From: Bacteroidota bacterium
Lineage (GTDB): Bacteria; Bacteroidota; Ignavibacteria; UBA10030; UBA8401
Assembly: GCA_030679145.1 (NCBI GenBank)
Contig: JAUXTU010000047.1
Coordinates: 12,018 to 76,017, forward strand
Reading direction: 5' to 3'
DNA: 64,000 nucleotides
The first letter of the stretch is position 1. Each line of letters opens with the position of its first letter. Below, one piece after another: positions 8,689 through 19,105 of this stretch. The notes under the pieces were generated by a model. That model saw nothing but the letters and a program-made list of their open reading frames with translations, was not told the origin of the DNA and made no database searches. The position numbers were made by a program, and so were the translations under genes.

Positions 8689-11409
8689 TTACTTAATCAA
8701 CATCATTTTCTTTACCGAAGTGAACGAACCAGATTCAAGTTTATACATATACACACCTGATGCAAGTTTCGATGCATCGAGTGTTGCAGTATACGAACCA
8801 GCTTCTTGAACTTGATTTACAATGGTCATCACTTCACGTCCCAGAATATCAAACAACTTCAGGCTAACATGTCCCGCTTGCGGAATGCTGAACTTAATGT
8901 TCGTTGTCGGATTAAAAGGATTCGGATAATTCTGCGACAATTCAAATGTGTTGGCAACTAATGCATCTTGTTGAACACCAGTTGACGGTATGCCATACCA
9001 TGTGTACGACCAATTATACATATTTTGATATGAACTATTATTGTTCAGATGTGAATACGCAATAAGTCCTTCACGATCGTAAGTACCTGTTTTGCCATCA
9101 CGATCATTAACAGAGAAGTCAATCGCGATAGTCATACCAACTTTCGGAACGAATAAACTATCACCGGTATATAATTCTTGAATTCTTGTAAATGGTATTT
9201 TTGCTTCAATAATATATCCTGGCGTAAGCGTTTTTCGTTTATAGATATAATTTGGTCCGGTATACAAAACAGTAGGAACGGCTCCACCATGATCGTTGAA
9301 CAAACGCGATTCTGAAAAACGGAACATATGATCCGGCATCGCCCCGCGCTCATATCCTGCATGGGTCGTACCTTTTGAATCATACAATCCAATATTCAAA
9401 TCTGGTGTATCCTGCGCCCACGTAGCTGCTAAATTAGTTGTATCAACGGAGACAGTGTCGTCAACCACATCGAATGCGATGTAAAGATTATTCGCATCCA
9501 TTGCAACATATGCTTTCGCTGAAAGATCATTACTATCAGTTACCGGCTGGTACACTACATGTGCATTAAGCGAACCGGCTCTAAATGGATTGATAATAAA
9601 TGGTTGAATTCCTGCAGCTGTCCATTCACTAAGACTTCCATTTGCAACGAAACTTGCAGGTGCTGTTGTAGCAATTATCGGAGTTCCTTTTCCTTTATTG
9701 GTAAAAGGTCCTGCAACTGCCGGTTGGTTTATATTGTTGTTTGCGTCTTTTGCTGTTATACCATAATAGAATGATACGTTCTGATCGGTAACTGGTGAGC
9801 GTAATACATGTGCTGTTGTTCCTTGACCTGTAGCAATGTTAAACGGGGGAAGCTGGGATACTCCTGCATCAGAAGTTTTGGTAAATGTCTTAGTACTGTA
9901 AAAGACATTATACACAGCGCCAACTTCGCCTGGCACATCAGACCAAAGAACATTGTTTGAATATGGTGCGGACGTTAAGGCTGTAACACCCGTAACTAAC
10001 GCAGGCGGTGTCAAATCCGAAAATCTCGGATCTTCTCGTTTACCTGACGGCATAAGTGTGCTAACAAGAATTTCTCCGGTATATAAAAGACTCGCATTGA
10101 ATGGATCGCCGGCATATACATACGATGAAAATTCAATAAAATATGCACTGATCGAATCAGGATCAAACGTACCGTTGTTAGAACCATTTGTAGCATAAAA
10201 ACCGTCATATGGTCTAACATCGTGCTCTACCCAACTCCCCTTTAGACCGTTCAATGGCATTTTTACCATTTGCCAGCCAAGACCGAGTGCGCTTGAATCG
10301 AGCTTCACATCCATTCTGGTGTACCACGTATCGCCGCTTTTCTCTTTTAATATTAATCGTGCAATAACCTTATTGCTAAGAGTACCAGTGGATGATGTAA
10401 GCGGAGTTTTAACTTTTACAAATAATAATACATCTGTATTTAATGCAAGACTTGGTAAAACTGTTCCTGCGGGTAATCTTCTTTCTAAATTTGCATATCC
10501 ACCCCACGATTGTGCGCAATTTACTTGATACTTAATTGCTAACGCTGAAGGAGAGATTAGAGTATCCACTTTTTCTTCTGAAAGAGTAATTTTTCCATTA
10601 TCATTCTTCCCAAAGAAAAGTCCTGTTGTATCTGCAACAAAATTATTGAATTTAGTAATTGGCTGATACGCGTAATCCAGCAATTGCATATTATCAAAAA
10701 GTATCTCACCTCGTAAAACAGAATCAGCACCAAAAGATTGACCGCTGCTCCATTCAAATCCATATCTGACAATTTTATTTAATTCCAAAACCGGTTTCGA
10801 GTTTAGGTTTTCGTTCCAACCGGTGCGGCAAAATCCCAGGTCGTTTGGTGTACCATTAGCACCTCTGTCTACAAGCGGTATAATTAATTGTTTCCAACCG
10901 GCTGTGGTGTCGAACACATTCCACGAATCGAAAAACCATTGTTCAGTCGTACCTAATGTATTCCAATAATTTGTATTTACTCCCCCTTCATCAAGCCGAA
11001 TACGGAATAATACTTTTTGTTTTTTACTTGATGGAACAATGTTGTTGTACCATAAACTTAAAAACTTTGCGCCCCCAAAATTAAAGTATGACGAATCTCT
11101 AAATAGCGCACGATTTTGTTTTGCATAACGTGTAGTATCTATGGCTCGAGGACGATAAAACCTCATTGCTGCATATCCACCCCAACCTTGATCAGGTTTC
11201 ACACTCCATTTAACCCTCAAAGCTGTCGTTCCTTGTTTCGAACCACCGGCAATAACTGAGTCTTTTATATCCAGAGGTACCCCTGAAATTTGATCAAACG
11301 TAACCATTGAATCTTTAGCAACTGTTTCAAAACCGTTTAAAAGCCATTGGGCTTTCATCGGTACGGACATCGCCAAAGAAACGACGAGAAGTAACAAAAT
11401 CTTTTTCAT
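8689..11409 (-). CDS. T9SS-secreted protein: two putative CBM-like (CBM11/CIA30-like) domains + FN3-like + CBM9-like + CTD
   Basis: Signal peptide; repeated WGGYA...GW(K/Q)..(IIP/KMP)L modules; the C-terminal ~440 aa is clearly paralogous to the 784-aa protein; ELSQNYPNPFNPTT CTD. Confidence 0.78.
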   Translation of the reverse strand: MKKILLLLVVSLAMSVPMKAQWLLNGFETVAKDSMVTFDQISGVPLDIKDSVIAGGSKQGTTALRVKWSVKPDQGWGGYAAMRFYRPRAIDTTRYAKQNRALFRDSSYFNFGGAKFLSLWYNNIVPSSKKQKVLFRIRLDEGGVNTNYWNTLGTTEQWFFDSWNVFDTTAGWKQLIIPLVDRGANGTPNDLGFCRTGWNENLNSKPVLELNKIVRYGFEWSSGQSFGADSVLRGEILFDNMQLLDYAYQPITKFNNFVADTTGLFFGKNDNGKITLSEEKVDTLISPSALAIKYQVNCAQSWGGYANLERRLPAGTVLPSLALNTDVLLFVKVKTPLTSSTGTLSNKVIARLILKEKSGDTWYTRMDVKLDSSALGLGWQMVKMPLNGLKGSWVEHDVRPYDGFYATNGSNNGTFDPDSISAYFIEFSSYVYAGDPFNASLLYTGEILVSTLMPSGKREDPRFSDLTPPALVTGVTALTSAPYSNNVLWSDVPGEVGAVYNVFYSTKTFTKTSDAGVSQLPPFNIATGQGTTAHVLRSPVTDQNVSFYYGITAKDANNNINQPAVAGPFTNKGKGTPIIATTAPASFVANGSLSEWTAAGIQPFIINPFRAGSLNAHVVYQPVTDSNDLSAKAYVAMDANNLYIAFDVVDDTVSVDTTNLAATWAQDTPDLNIGLYDSKGTTHAGYERGAMPDHMFRFSESRLFNDHGGAVPTVLYTGPNYIYKRKTLTPGYIIEAKIPFTRIQELYTGDSLFVPKVGMTIAIDFSVNDRDGKTGTYDREGLIAYSHLNNNSSYQNMYNWSYTWYGIPSTGVQQDALVANTFELSQNYPNPFNPTTNIKFSIPQAGHVSLKLFDILGREVMTIVNQVQEAGSYTATLDASKLASGVYMYKLESGSFTSVKKMMLIK

Positions 11410-11613
11410 AATAGTATTCCTTTGTGTTATGAAACTATTTGTGAATAATGTGAATTACAACAAACATCTATTACCCAACAATTTTTTGGCCTATTTTTTT
11501 CCCTTTCTTGGAATGAAATGATGTGTGAATGAATTAATTAATATGAATTATAGTTGTCGTTTATTGTAATAACTGTAGATCAATGTGTGTTCCACTAAAA
11601 ATATATCTAACTG
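11410..11613. repeat. Intact leader between rbsK and the 906-aa gene (template for the copies at 4008-4130 and 8120-8249)
   Basis: Both partial copies align to overlapping parts of this segment. Confidence 0.8.
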
Positions 11614-12549
11614 TCAACTAACTTGAAATAATTGTTCGGAAAGCAATTGCTCCACCTCAGCTCTGTTTGGTACTGACGACTGTGCTCCTATTCGAGTTAC
11701 CGAAATTGCAGCAGCAGCATTCGCAAAACGAATCGCATCTCTAATACTATTACCATTTGCCAATTCTACAGCCAGTGCGCCGTTAAACGTATCGCCTGCA
11801 GCTGTAGTATCTATAGCGTTAACCTTGAATGAGCTGATTTTTTCGGAAAATTCTTTCGTAACAACAATTGCTCCTTTTGAACCAAGCGTGATAATCGCAC
11901 ATTCAATTCCTTTCTTAAGCAGTATTTCACCGGCACGCAAAGCATCATCAACATTCGAAATAGAAACACCTGTTAACTGCTCAACTTCGGTTTCGTTAGG
12001 AGTAAGAATTGAAATTTTTGAAAGCAACTCGTTAGGAAGATGTTGTGACGGAGCTGGATTTAAAATGATCCGAATATTTTTTTTATGAGCAATCTCCGCC
12101 ACCGCCATTATTGTTTCCAACGGTATTTCCAATTGCATTAATACTATTGATGCGTTGGAAATAACTTCTCGCACACGATGGATATCGGGAGGTAAAAGCC
12201 GTGCATTGGCACCAGATGCAACACCAATTGCATTTTCACCTTTACCGTCAACAAAAATAAGTGCAATTCCGGTCGCGACATCAGTATCTCTGGAAATATG
12301 TTGTACATCGATGCCGCATTCTTCATATCCAAGAATTGCATTATTGCCAAACATATCGTTGCCAATTTTTGCAACAAACGTAACGTTACCACCGCATTTT
12401 GCTGCAGCAACCGCCTGATTTGCTCCTTTTCCTCCTTGCGCTGTAAAAAATGTTCCACCGATTATTGTTTCACCGGGGCGTGGAATTTCCTTCATTTTAA
12501 GAATCATATCGGTATTTGAACTACCGATAACCACTATTGAATTATTCAT
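11614..12549 (-). CDS. rbsK: Ribokinase
   Basis: VIGSSNTD, GGKGANQAVAAA, MQLEIP, PNETE and DTTAAGDTFNGA PfkB/ribokinase signatures. Confidence 0.95.
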   Translation of the reverse strand: MNNSIVVIGSSNTDMILKMKEIPRPGETIIGGTFFTAQGGKGANQAVAAAKCGGNVTFVAKIGNDMFGNNAILGYEECGIDVQHISRDTDVATGIALIFVDGKGENAIGVASGANARLLPPDIHRVREVISNASIVLMQLEIPLETIMAVAEIAHKKNIRIILNPAPSQHLPNELLSKISILTPNETEVEQLTGVSISNVDDALRAGEILLKKGIECAIITLGSKGAIVVTKEFSEKISSFKVNAIDTTAAGDTFNGALAVELANGNSIRDAIRFANAAAAISVTRIGAQSSVPNRAEVEQLLSEQLFQVS

Positions 12550-12618
12550 AGTGCATACATCCTTTGTTTTTTTTCTGATGATAGAACCCTTGATAATTGC
12601 TTATTGCTCATCTTGTTA

Positions 12619-13623
12619 TTAATTCGTTCTTGAAATAATGATTAACGCTATTCCGAGTATAAATAGAAGGAACATGGGAATAATTAAACTCTTGGTTTCC
12701 TTCCAAACATTTTTGAATTCTTTCCAAATGAATACACCCCAAAATGCAGCAACCATTGTAGCACCTTGTCCTAATCCGTACGATATTGCAAATCCGGCAG
12801 CGCCTGATGCAAGAATATTCAATGACATACCAATGCTCCAGATTATTCCACCCAAAATTCCTATTGCATGAAGACGCGGTGAACCTTTTTTGAAATAATC
12901 GCCAAACGGTACCGAATCTCCTTCTACAGGTTTTACCATTGCAATACTATTCCAAAGAAAATTCGAAATAAATATTCCGAACGAGAATACAACGACCGCT
13001 GTATATGGACTGTATTTGCCAATTTCTAAATTTACTGGATCAGCGGACATTGATGCTGCAACAAATCTGTAAAAGAACCCCATCAACACACCTGCGAGTA
13101 TAGAGAAAATAATTCCCTTCCCGGACGTTTTGTCCCCTTTCGATGCTAACTTTTTGTACGCCAATGCATCAAGAATAATTGCAACAACAACCGCTCCAAC
13201 CCCCACAAACAATAACATCGGATTTCCAACCGGCGCAGCCATATAATTTGTGATCACTCCAAGCACTAACGCCAATCCTACTCCAACAGGAAATGCAACA
13301 GCCATTCCGGCAACATCAATTGCAATTACTAGAAGTATATTCGAAAGATTGAATAATACACCGCCGAGAAATGCAGACCAAAATGATGATGAAGTTCCTT
13401 GAGACAAATCCTGAACAAAACTTCTGCCTTGCTCTCCATTACTTCCTAACGTAAACGCTAAGAGAACGGCAAAGAGCAAAACGCCGATTGCATAGTCCCA
13501 ATAAAACAATTGAAACTTCCATTCTTTGCTCGCAAGTTTTTGAGTGTTCGCCCAAGAACCCCAGCACAACATTGTGATGAAACACAACACAACAGCAAAC
13601 GAATATGATTCTACAATAAACAT
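12619..13623 (-). CDS. GRP/DMT-family sugar transporter (ribose uptake candidate, RusT-like)
   Basis: About 10 hydrophobic helices; TMLCWGSWANTQKL and SYGLGQGATMVAAFWGVFIWKEF motifs; adjacent to rbsK. Confidence 0.8.
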   Translation of the reverse strand: MFIVESYSFAVVLCFITMLCWGSWANTQKLASKEWKFQLFYWDYAIGVLLFAVLLAFTLGSNGEQGRSFVQDLSQGTSSSFWSAFLGGVLFNLSNILLVIAIDVAGMAVAFPVGVGLALVLGVITNYMAAPVGNPMLLFVGVGAVVVAIILDALAYKKLASKGDKTSGKGIIFSILAGVLMGFFYRFVAASMSADPVNLEIGKYSPYTAVVVFSFGIFISNFLWNSIAMVKPVEGDSVPFGDYFKKGSPRLHAIGILGGIIWSIGMSLNILASGAAGFAISYGLGQGATMVAAFWGVFIWKEFKNVWKETKSLIIPMFLLFILGIALIIISRTN

Positions 13624-13685
13624 TACTTCCTCCGTTTTTTTTTAGAAATTTTTTAGCAGCAGTGTTTCGTTTTTAGTATTCATCG

Positions 13686-15923
13686 TTACTCAACAACTTC
13701 AAAACTTGCTTCTTGAACATCTGATGAATTTGTTCCGACATATACTTTGAATGTTCCTGATTCAACACCATAATGCATGTCAATATCGTACATCGACAAA
13801 AGTTCCGGTGTTACAATAAAGTCAACACGTTTTGTTTCATCGGGATTCAAAAATATTTTTTTGAAACCTTTCAATTCTTTCACCGGACGAGTAACACTTC
13901 CAAATTCATCACGAATATATAATTGAACAACTTCCTCTCCGGCTCTGCTTCCACTATTTTTTACATCAACACTCACCATAATTGAATCTGTTGTTGTAAT
14001 ACTATGACTATTGAGTGATGGTTTTCCATAAGTGAACTGTGTATAGCTTAAACCATAACCAAATGGATATAACGGGGTAATCGGCAAATCAAGATATCGC
14101 ACACTATACGATTTTGGATCCGGATTTGAAGGTCTTCCGCTATTTTTATGATTATAGTGTATTGGAATTTGTCCGACAGTTCGTGGAAATGTTGTAACAA
14201 GTTTACCAGACGGATTGTAGTCACCGAACAGGACATCGGCAATTGCATTACCTGCTTCCATCCCAAGAAACCATGTTTCCAAGATAGCGGGAACATGACT
14301 GTCGATGTATTCAATCGTCAGTGGTCTGCCATTCATCAAAACAACTATGACAGGTTTCCCTGTTGATAGTAACGCTTTAATGAATTCTTCTTGAACGCCG
14401 GGCAAATTTAGCGATGAACGACATTTTGATTCTCCACTCATTACAGCCGATTCCCCCACAACAGCAATAACAACATCAGATCGTTTTGCAGTCTCAACTG
14501 CTTTTTTAAAACCTGATGTATCCAATGAATCAATCTCACAACCTTTTGCATAAATAATTTTTGTTGAAGACGAAACAGTTTTGCGAATTCCTTCCAATAC
14601 CGTCGTTACCTTCGTTGGATCTCCCAACGCATTCCAAAATCCTAATGGATTTGCCTTATCATCGGCAAGCGGTCCAACTACTGCAATTGATTTTATTTTT
14701 TTTGATAATGGGAGAAGATTCTTTTCATTTTTTAATAGAACGATTGATTTCTTTGCAATCTCTCGAGCAGCAATAACATTATTTGGATTTAGGAGTTCAT
14801 TCTTTTCACGAACACTATCGCAGTATCTAAATGGGTCATCAAACAATCCGAGAAGATACTTTACACGAAGAATCCTTCTTACCGATTGATCGAGGTATTG
14901 CTCATTGACTTCACCGCTTTTCACCAATGCTGAAAGTTGATGTTCATAAATAAAACTTTCCATATCCATATCGGTACCTGCAAGTAATGCTTTTTTTGCG
15001 GCTTGACTTTCAGAAGACGCAAACCCGTGGGTGCGCAATTCACCAACAGCTCCCCAATCGCTCACAACAAAACCGTCAAACTTCCATTCATTGCGAAGAA
15101 TATCTGTCAATAAATTTTTATTGCCCGTGCTGGGAATTCCATTGATCTCATTAAAGGATGTCATCACCGTTACAGCACCAGCATTAATTCCCGCTTTGTA
15201 CGGCGGAAGATATGTTTCAAGAAGTGTTCGGTGAGAAATATCAACGGTATTATAATCTCTTCCTCCTTCTGCACCTCCATACGCAGCGAAATGTTTTATG
15301 CAAGAAGCCATCGTATTGTTTGAAGATAGATCATTCCCTTGAAAACCTTTTACTCTTGAAGCAGCAACAAGAGAACCATAAAACGGGTCCTCGCCGGCTC
15401 CTTCCATTATTCTCCCCCACCGAGGATCACGAGCAATATCAACCATCGGCGCAAATGTCCAATGGAGACCTGCGGCAGTTGCTTCCCGTGCTGCAATGCG
15501 AGCAGATTGTTCAATAGCATCGAGATCCCAACTGCATGCTTCTGCCAATGGAATTGGAAAAGTTGTACGAAAACCATGGATAACATCAAACCCGAAGATC
15601 AGAGGAATTTTTGTGCGGGATTGAGTAACTGCTATTGTTTGTAATTCGCGTGTGATTGTTGAACCATACACATTCAAAAAAGAACCGATCCTTCCCTCTC
15701 TAATTGCAATTCGCTGTCCATCACTTGCTGCACTATTTGACGTATAATTCGCCGGGTCATGCCAATTCCATTGTCCGGTGGTTTGTGTCATCTGTCCAAT
15801 TTTTTCTTCTATCGTCATCGTCGCTAAAATTGAATCGATCTTTTGTTCTGTTGCTGATGATTTTTTATCTGCTGCCAGAAGAAACGTTACCCAGCACAAA
15901 ATAGCGAGCATAAAATATTTCAT
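13686..15923 (-). CDS. bglX: GH3 beta-glycosidase (BglX-like)
   Basis: RDPRWGR, KHFAAYG, VVSDW nucleophile motif and C-terminal FN3-like EVVQLYIRD..RPVKELKGF. Start moved to MKYFMLAIL (signal peptide). Confidence 0.9.
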   Translation of the reverse strand: MKYFMLAILCWVTFLLAADKKSSATEQKIDSILATMTIEEKIGQMTQTTGQWNWHDPANYTSNSAASDGQRIAIREGRIGSFLNVYGSTITRELQTIAVTQSRTKIPLIFGFDVIHGFRTTFPIPLAEACSWDLDAIEQSARIAAREATAAGLHWTFAPMVDIARDPRWGRIMEGAGEDPFYGSLVAASRVKGFQGNDLSSNNTMASCIKHFAAYGGAEGGRDYNTVDISHRTLLETYLPPYKAGINAGAVTVMTSFNEINGIPSTGNKNLLTDILRNEWKFDGFVVSDWGAVGELRTHGFASSESQAAKKALLAGTDMDMESFIYEHQLSALVKSGEVNEQYLDQSVRRILRVKYLLGLFDDPFRYCDSVREKNELLNPNNVIAAREIAKKSIVLLKNEKNLLPLSKKIKSIAVVGPLADDKANPLGFWNALGDPTKVTTVLEGIRKTVSSSTKIIYAKGCEIDSLDTSGFKKAVETAKRSDVVIAVVGESAVMSGESKCRSSLNLPGVQEEFIKALLSTGKPVIVVLMNGRPLTIEYIDSHVPAILETWFLGMEAGNAIADVLFGDYNPSGKLVTTFPRTVGQIPIHYNHKNSGRPSNPDPKSYSVRYLDLPITPLYPFGYGLSYTQFTYGKPSLNSHSITTTDSIMVSVDVKNSGSRAGEEVVQLYIRDEFGSVTRPVKELKGFKKIFLNPDETKRVDFIVTPELLSMYDIDMHYGVESGTFKVYVGTNSSDVQEASFEVVE

Positions 15924-16025
15924 AAACAACTTTCTTTTTTGAAGAATTACCTTATCAACTATTGAACCGGCGATGCACGGTTGTAAATGATGCAACGGTT
16001 AAAGAAAACTTGGAATGGATATATG

Positions 16026-17078
16026 CTACGAGTTCGTGTTATTAATATTTATTATCGCTGATAATTTTGAAACGCGAAGTACTGAATTTCTAATAATGAG
16101 AGAAGGTTCCAACAAAACACGACGGCTTTGTTCTTTTGGATTTTTCATTCTGCGAAAGAGTAGATTAACTGCTATTTCAACCATTCGTTCGATCGGCTGG
16201 GCAACAGCAGTAATTGCAGGAGATAGGTATTTTGTAAAATAAGGATCGTCAAAAGTAACGAGAGAGATTTCTTGAGGGATTATTTTTTTCTCTTCACGCA
16301 ATGCTTCTAATACACCAAGTGTTATAAGATCACTTGCAGAAAATATTGCGGTAGGAGGATTTTTCATTGAAAGAAGGTGTTTTGTTTCTATGTAACCATT
16401 AAACGCTCTAAAATCGCTGCCGACAATAATCGTCGGATCAATGGGAATCCCTGCAATATCAAGAACTTTGCAATATCCCTTTTTTCGCTCATCACTGGCA
16501 TACGTTCCCGGCAGACCTTGAATAAATGCAACGCGTTGATGCCCTTCATTAAGAAGGTATTGAACGGCAATCATTGCTCCATAAACATTGTCGACACTAA
16601 CAGCATCAACATCAAAGTCATTGAAACATCGATCAAGAGTAACTAAAGGAATCCCTCTCTTTACAATCTCTTTAAAATGCTTTGCTTCTTGTCCAACTGC
16701 GGCAATAATTAAACCATCAACACGTTTGTCTAATAGTTGACGAAGTGACTCTTCTTCGAGGGACGTATTTTCATCAGTGTCATAAACAACTGTTCCATAA
16801 CCAAATTTTCTTAATTCACTTGCAAGGTTCTTTACTATAGTTGAAAAGAAAGGATTTGAAATATCGGGTACCAATATTCCAATTTCATGTGTTTGTTCGG
16901 TTCTCAAACTACGAGCTATAATATTAGGTCTGTATCCAAGATCTTCAGCGGTTTTTTTTATGATCCGAGTTGTTTCTGCACTTATGGATACCTTTTGCGA
17001 TCCTTTGTGAAGAACTCTAGAAACAGTTGACAAAGAGAAACCAGTTTTTTGAGCAATATCTTTAAGTTTTGTGGACAT
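16026..17078 (-). CDS. LacI-family transcriptional regulator
   Basis: LKDIAQKTGFSLSTVSRVL HTH, YRPNIIARSLR hinge, periplasmic-binding-like core. Confidence 0.95.
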   Translation of the reverse strand: MSTKLKDIAQKTGFSLSTVSRVLHKGSQKVSISAETTRIIKKTAEDLGYRPNIIARSLRTEQTHEIGILVPDISNPFFSTIVKNLASELRKFGYGTVVYDTDENTSLEEESLRQLLDKRVDGLIIAAVGQEAKHFKEIVKRGIPLVTLDRCFNDFDVDAVSVDNVYGAMIAVQYLLNEGHQRVAFIQGLPGTYASDERKKGYCKVLDIAGIPIDPTIIVGSDFRAFNGYIETKHLLSMKNPPTAIFSASDLITLGVLEALREEKKIIPQEISLVTFDDPYFTKYLSPAITAVAQPIERMVEIAVNLLFRRMKNPKEQSRRVLLEPSLIIRNSVLRVSKLSAIININNTNS

Positions 17079-17227
17079 AATGAGACTCTTTCGTAGGTTT
17101 TAAGATATCGTTTGCATTAAAAAATCAACAAGAATACTTTTTCTATATTAGTAATCAATTTATTAATTGATATTAAGAAAATGCCCACTTTATTAAAAGA
17201 ATCTGTAATCTGTACAATTACTTTTTG

Positions 17228-17241
17228 TGCAATCGTTTGCA
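17228..17241. promoter_or_regulatory. Candidate LacI-family operator
   Basis: TGCAATCGTTTGCA, a near-palindrome with central CG upstream of the LacI gene; a second partial site AGATATCGTTTGCA lies at 17103-17116. Confidence 0.65.
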
Positions 17242-17619
17242 TAATATGTGCCAAAAAACCGACTCCTCTGATTTGTAAATTTTTGGCACTTTTTTTGGGA
17301 AAAGACAAAAATATTATCAAAATGATATTACCATTATTATTATTCCGATAACATAGCCTTGTATTTCAAAACGCAGGTGGTAGTGAGAGTAATGCTGTAG
17401 TTTAGCTGATATATTGGCGGAGTGTCCAAATAAGGTTGGATTGCATCATTTACCATGATAATTATTTTGAATATCACATTGTTCATATAGTTTTTTCTAT
17501 AGAACAGTTCTGAAAATTCAATAATGCTTTCAATATTTTTTTTCTAGTCCTTTGGTCTTCGTAGCAAATATATATTTAATTATCGGACGTGATCTCGCAC
17601 TAAATCTAAAAAATATGGA

Positions 17620-18345
17620 TCAATGCTTTACTCTTGCCAACACATAAAATACTTTTTTCTTTACATCTCTCCATCGTGCGGCAATCTCAATATTTTGCAA
17701 TGTTACATCAACATCTTCATTGAATACATCCTGTGATTCAATCACATTCTTTTTTTGCATTGATTGAACTGAACTGTGTGCAGTACGAGCCAGCGACATA
17801 AGTGCATTATGTTCCGCCCTTTCCCATGAACTTGGTTCATAATAATATTCTTCCGATGAACCGACACCGTAGAAGTATTGTTTGTCTTCAGGAAGATCTT
17901 CAACCCATTTTGGCTGTTTTATTTTTGTCATTGATATCTTTTCTTTTACTTTGTCATCGATTATACAGATCGAAGTATCGCCTGCAAGTACGATCAATTT
18001 TTGTTTATCGAAGTAATAATCCAAAACGGTAAGTTTTTTCTGATAATATTCTGCCAGCGAAGAATCATAATTTTCTTCATAATGTGCACCCATTGAATGG
18101 GCACCTGCTTCTGTTGTCCAGAATGCTTGACCGCCGCTAATTTTTACATTGGTGTACTTTGCAAGTAAATCACAGCCGACTCTGAGTGCTAAACTTACCG
18201 CTGAATCACGATAAAACGTAGGAGATCTCATAACTGTTACGATTTTTGTTTTGCAACGTATTTGATCTTGGTTGAGAAACCAACTTGGATAAACCTGCGC
18301 TTTTGCAGTTGCAAACAACATGAACAACAGGACCAACTGTTTCAT
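17620..18345 (-). CDS. Secreted LPP20-like domain protein
   Basis: Signal peptide MKQLVLL..AKAQ (start after a GGGGGA RBS); PKWV..YFYGVGSS..AEHNALMSLA motif. Confidence 0.65.
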   Translation of the reverse strand: MKQLVLLFMLFATAKAQVYPSWFLNQDQIRCKTKIVTVMRSPTFYRDSAVSLALRVGCDLLAKYTNVKISGGQAFWTTEAGAHSMGAHYEENYDSSLAEYYQKKLTVLDYYFDKQKLIVLAGDTSICIIDDKVKEKISMTKIKQPKWVEDLPEDKQYFYGVGSSEEYYYEPSSWERAEHNALMSLARTAHSSVQSMQKKNVIESQDVFNEDVDVTLQNIEIAARWRDVKKKVFYVLARVKH

Positions 18346-18365
18346 TATTCCCCCGTAAAATATAA

Positions 18366-18396
18366 ACGCCATCGAGAAGTATTTCCCGATGGCGTC
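18366..18396 (-). terminator. Hairpin after the LPP20 lipoprotein gene
   Basis: Minus strand GACGCCATCGGGAA-loop-TTCTCGATGGCGTT followed by TATATTTT. Confidence 0.55.
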
Positions 18397-18417
18397 ATTG
18401 AAACATTCTTTAAATAA

Positions 18418-18984
18418 TTATTGACCTTTTTTCGATTCTTCATATTTCTGAACTTCATCATCAAGCTCTTTATATGTTTGTGAAGCACGGAAACGTGTAT
18501 ACATCTGTTCGTTCTTTTTGATCTGTTCTCGAAGAGCTTCTTGTGCAGCACCGAGTGGATATTCAACAAGAACATATGCGCGCCAGTTGTTGCCATCTTT
18601 TACGATCTTCTTTTGTTTCTCTTTTGAACCGCTTAAACTCGTAGAAACAACGGTCTTTGAAGCCTGAGTAAATTGATCGAGTAATTGTGCATCATCGCCT
18701 ATTCCGGTCTCTTCTGTGAATCGTTTTTGCAACGCATTGATCTTTACTTCTACTTGACGGCCAACTTCAACACGAGCTGCTTGTGTTGCTTTATCAACTG
18801 CGACTTGCATATCTTTTGACGTTGATGTGTTTACGGCATGCAAATAATTTGGATCTACCGGTTGGTTAAGGTACCAATCCGGAACATCACCGGTATCAGT
18901 TTTTTGAAGTGGTTCACTACCGCCGCATCCAACCAGCAACATTGCTACAAGTGCTGCAGCAACGAATGATTTCAGTATTTGCAT
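18418..18984 (-). CDS. LPP20-family lipoprotein
   Basis: Lipobox LLVGC; VPDWY..A..KA..AARVEVGRQV..RAYVLVEYP. Confidence 0.78.
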   Translation of the reverse strand: MQILKSFVAAALVAMLLVGCGGSEPLQKTDTGDVPDWYLNQPVDPNYLHAVNTSTSKDMQVAVDKATQAARVEVGRQVEVKINALQKRFTEETGIGDDAQLLDQFTQASKTVVSTSLSGSKEKQKKIVKDGNNWRAYVLVEYPLGAAQEALREQIKKNEQMYTRFRASQTYKELDDEVQKYEESKKGQ

Positions 18985-19105
18985 AAAACCTCCAGATAAT
19001 TATTGAAATGAAAAAGTGAGTTACAACGTTGAATTATGATAAATAATGATGAATTATGTTAGTGCGAATATAAATAGTTTCTCCTACAAAAGAAAGAGAG
19101 TATTA

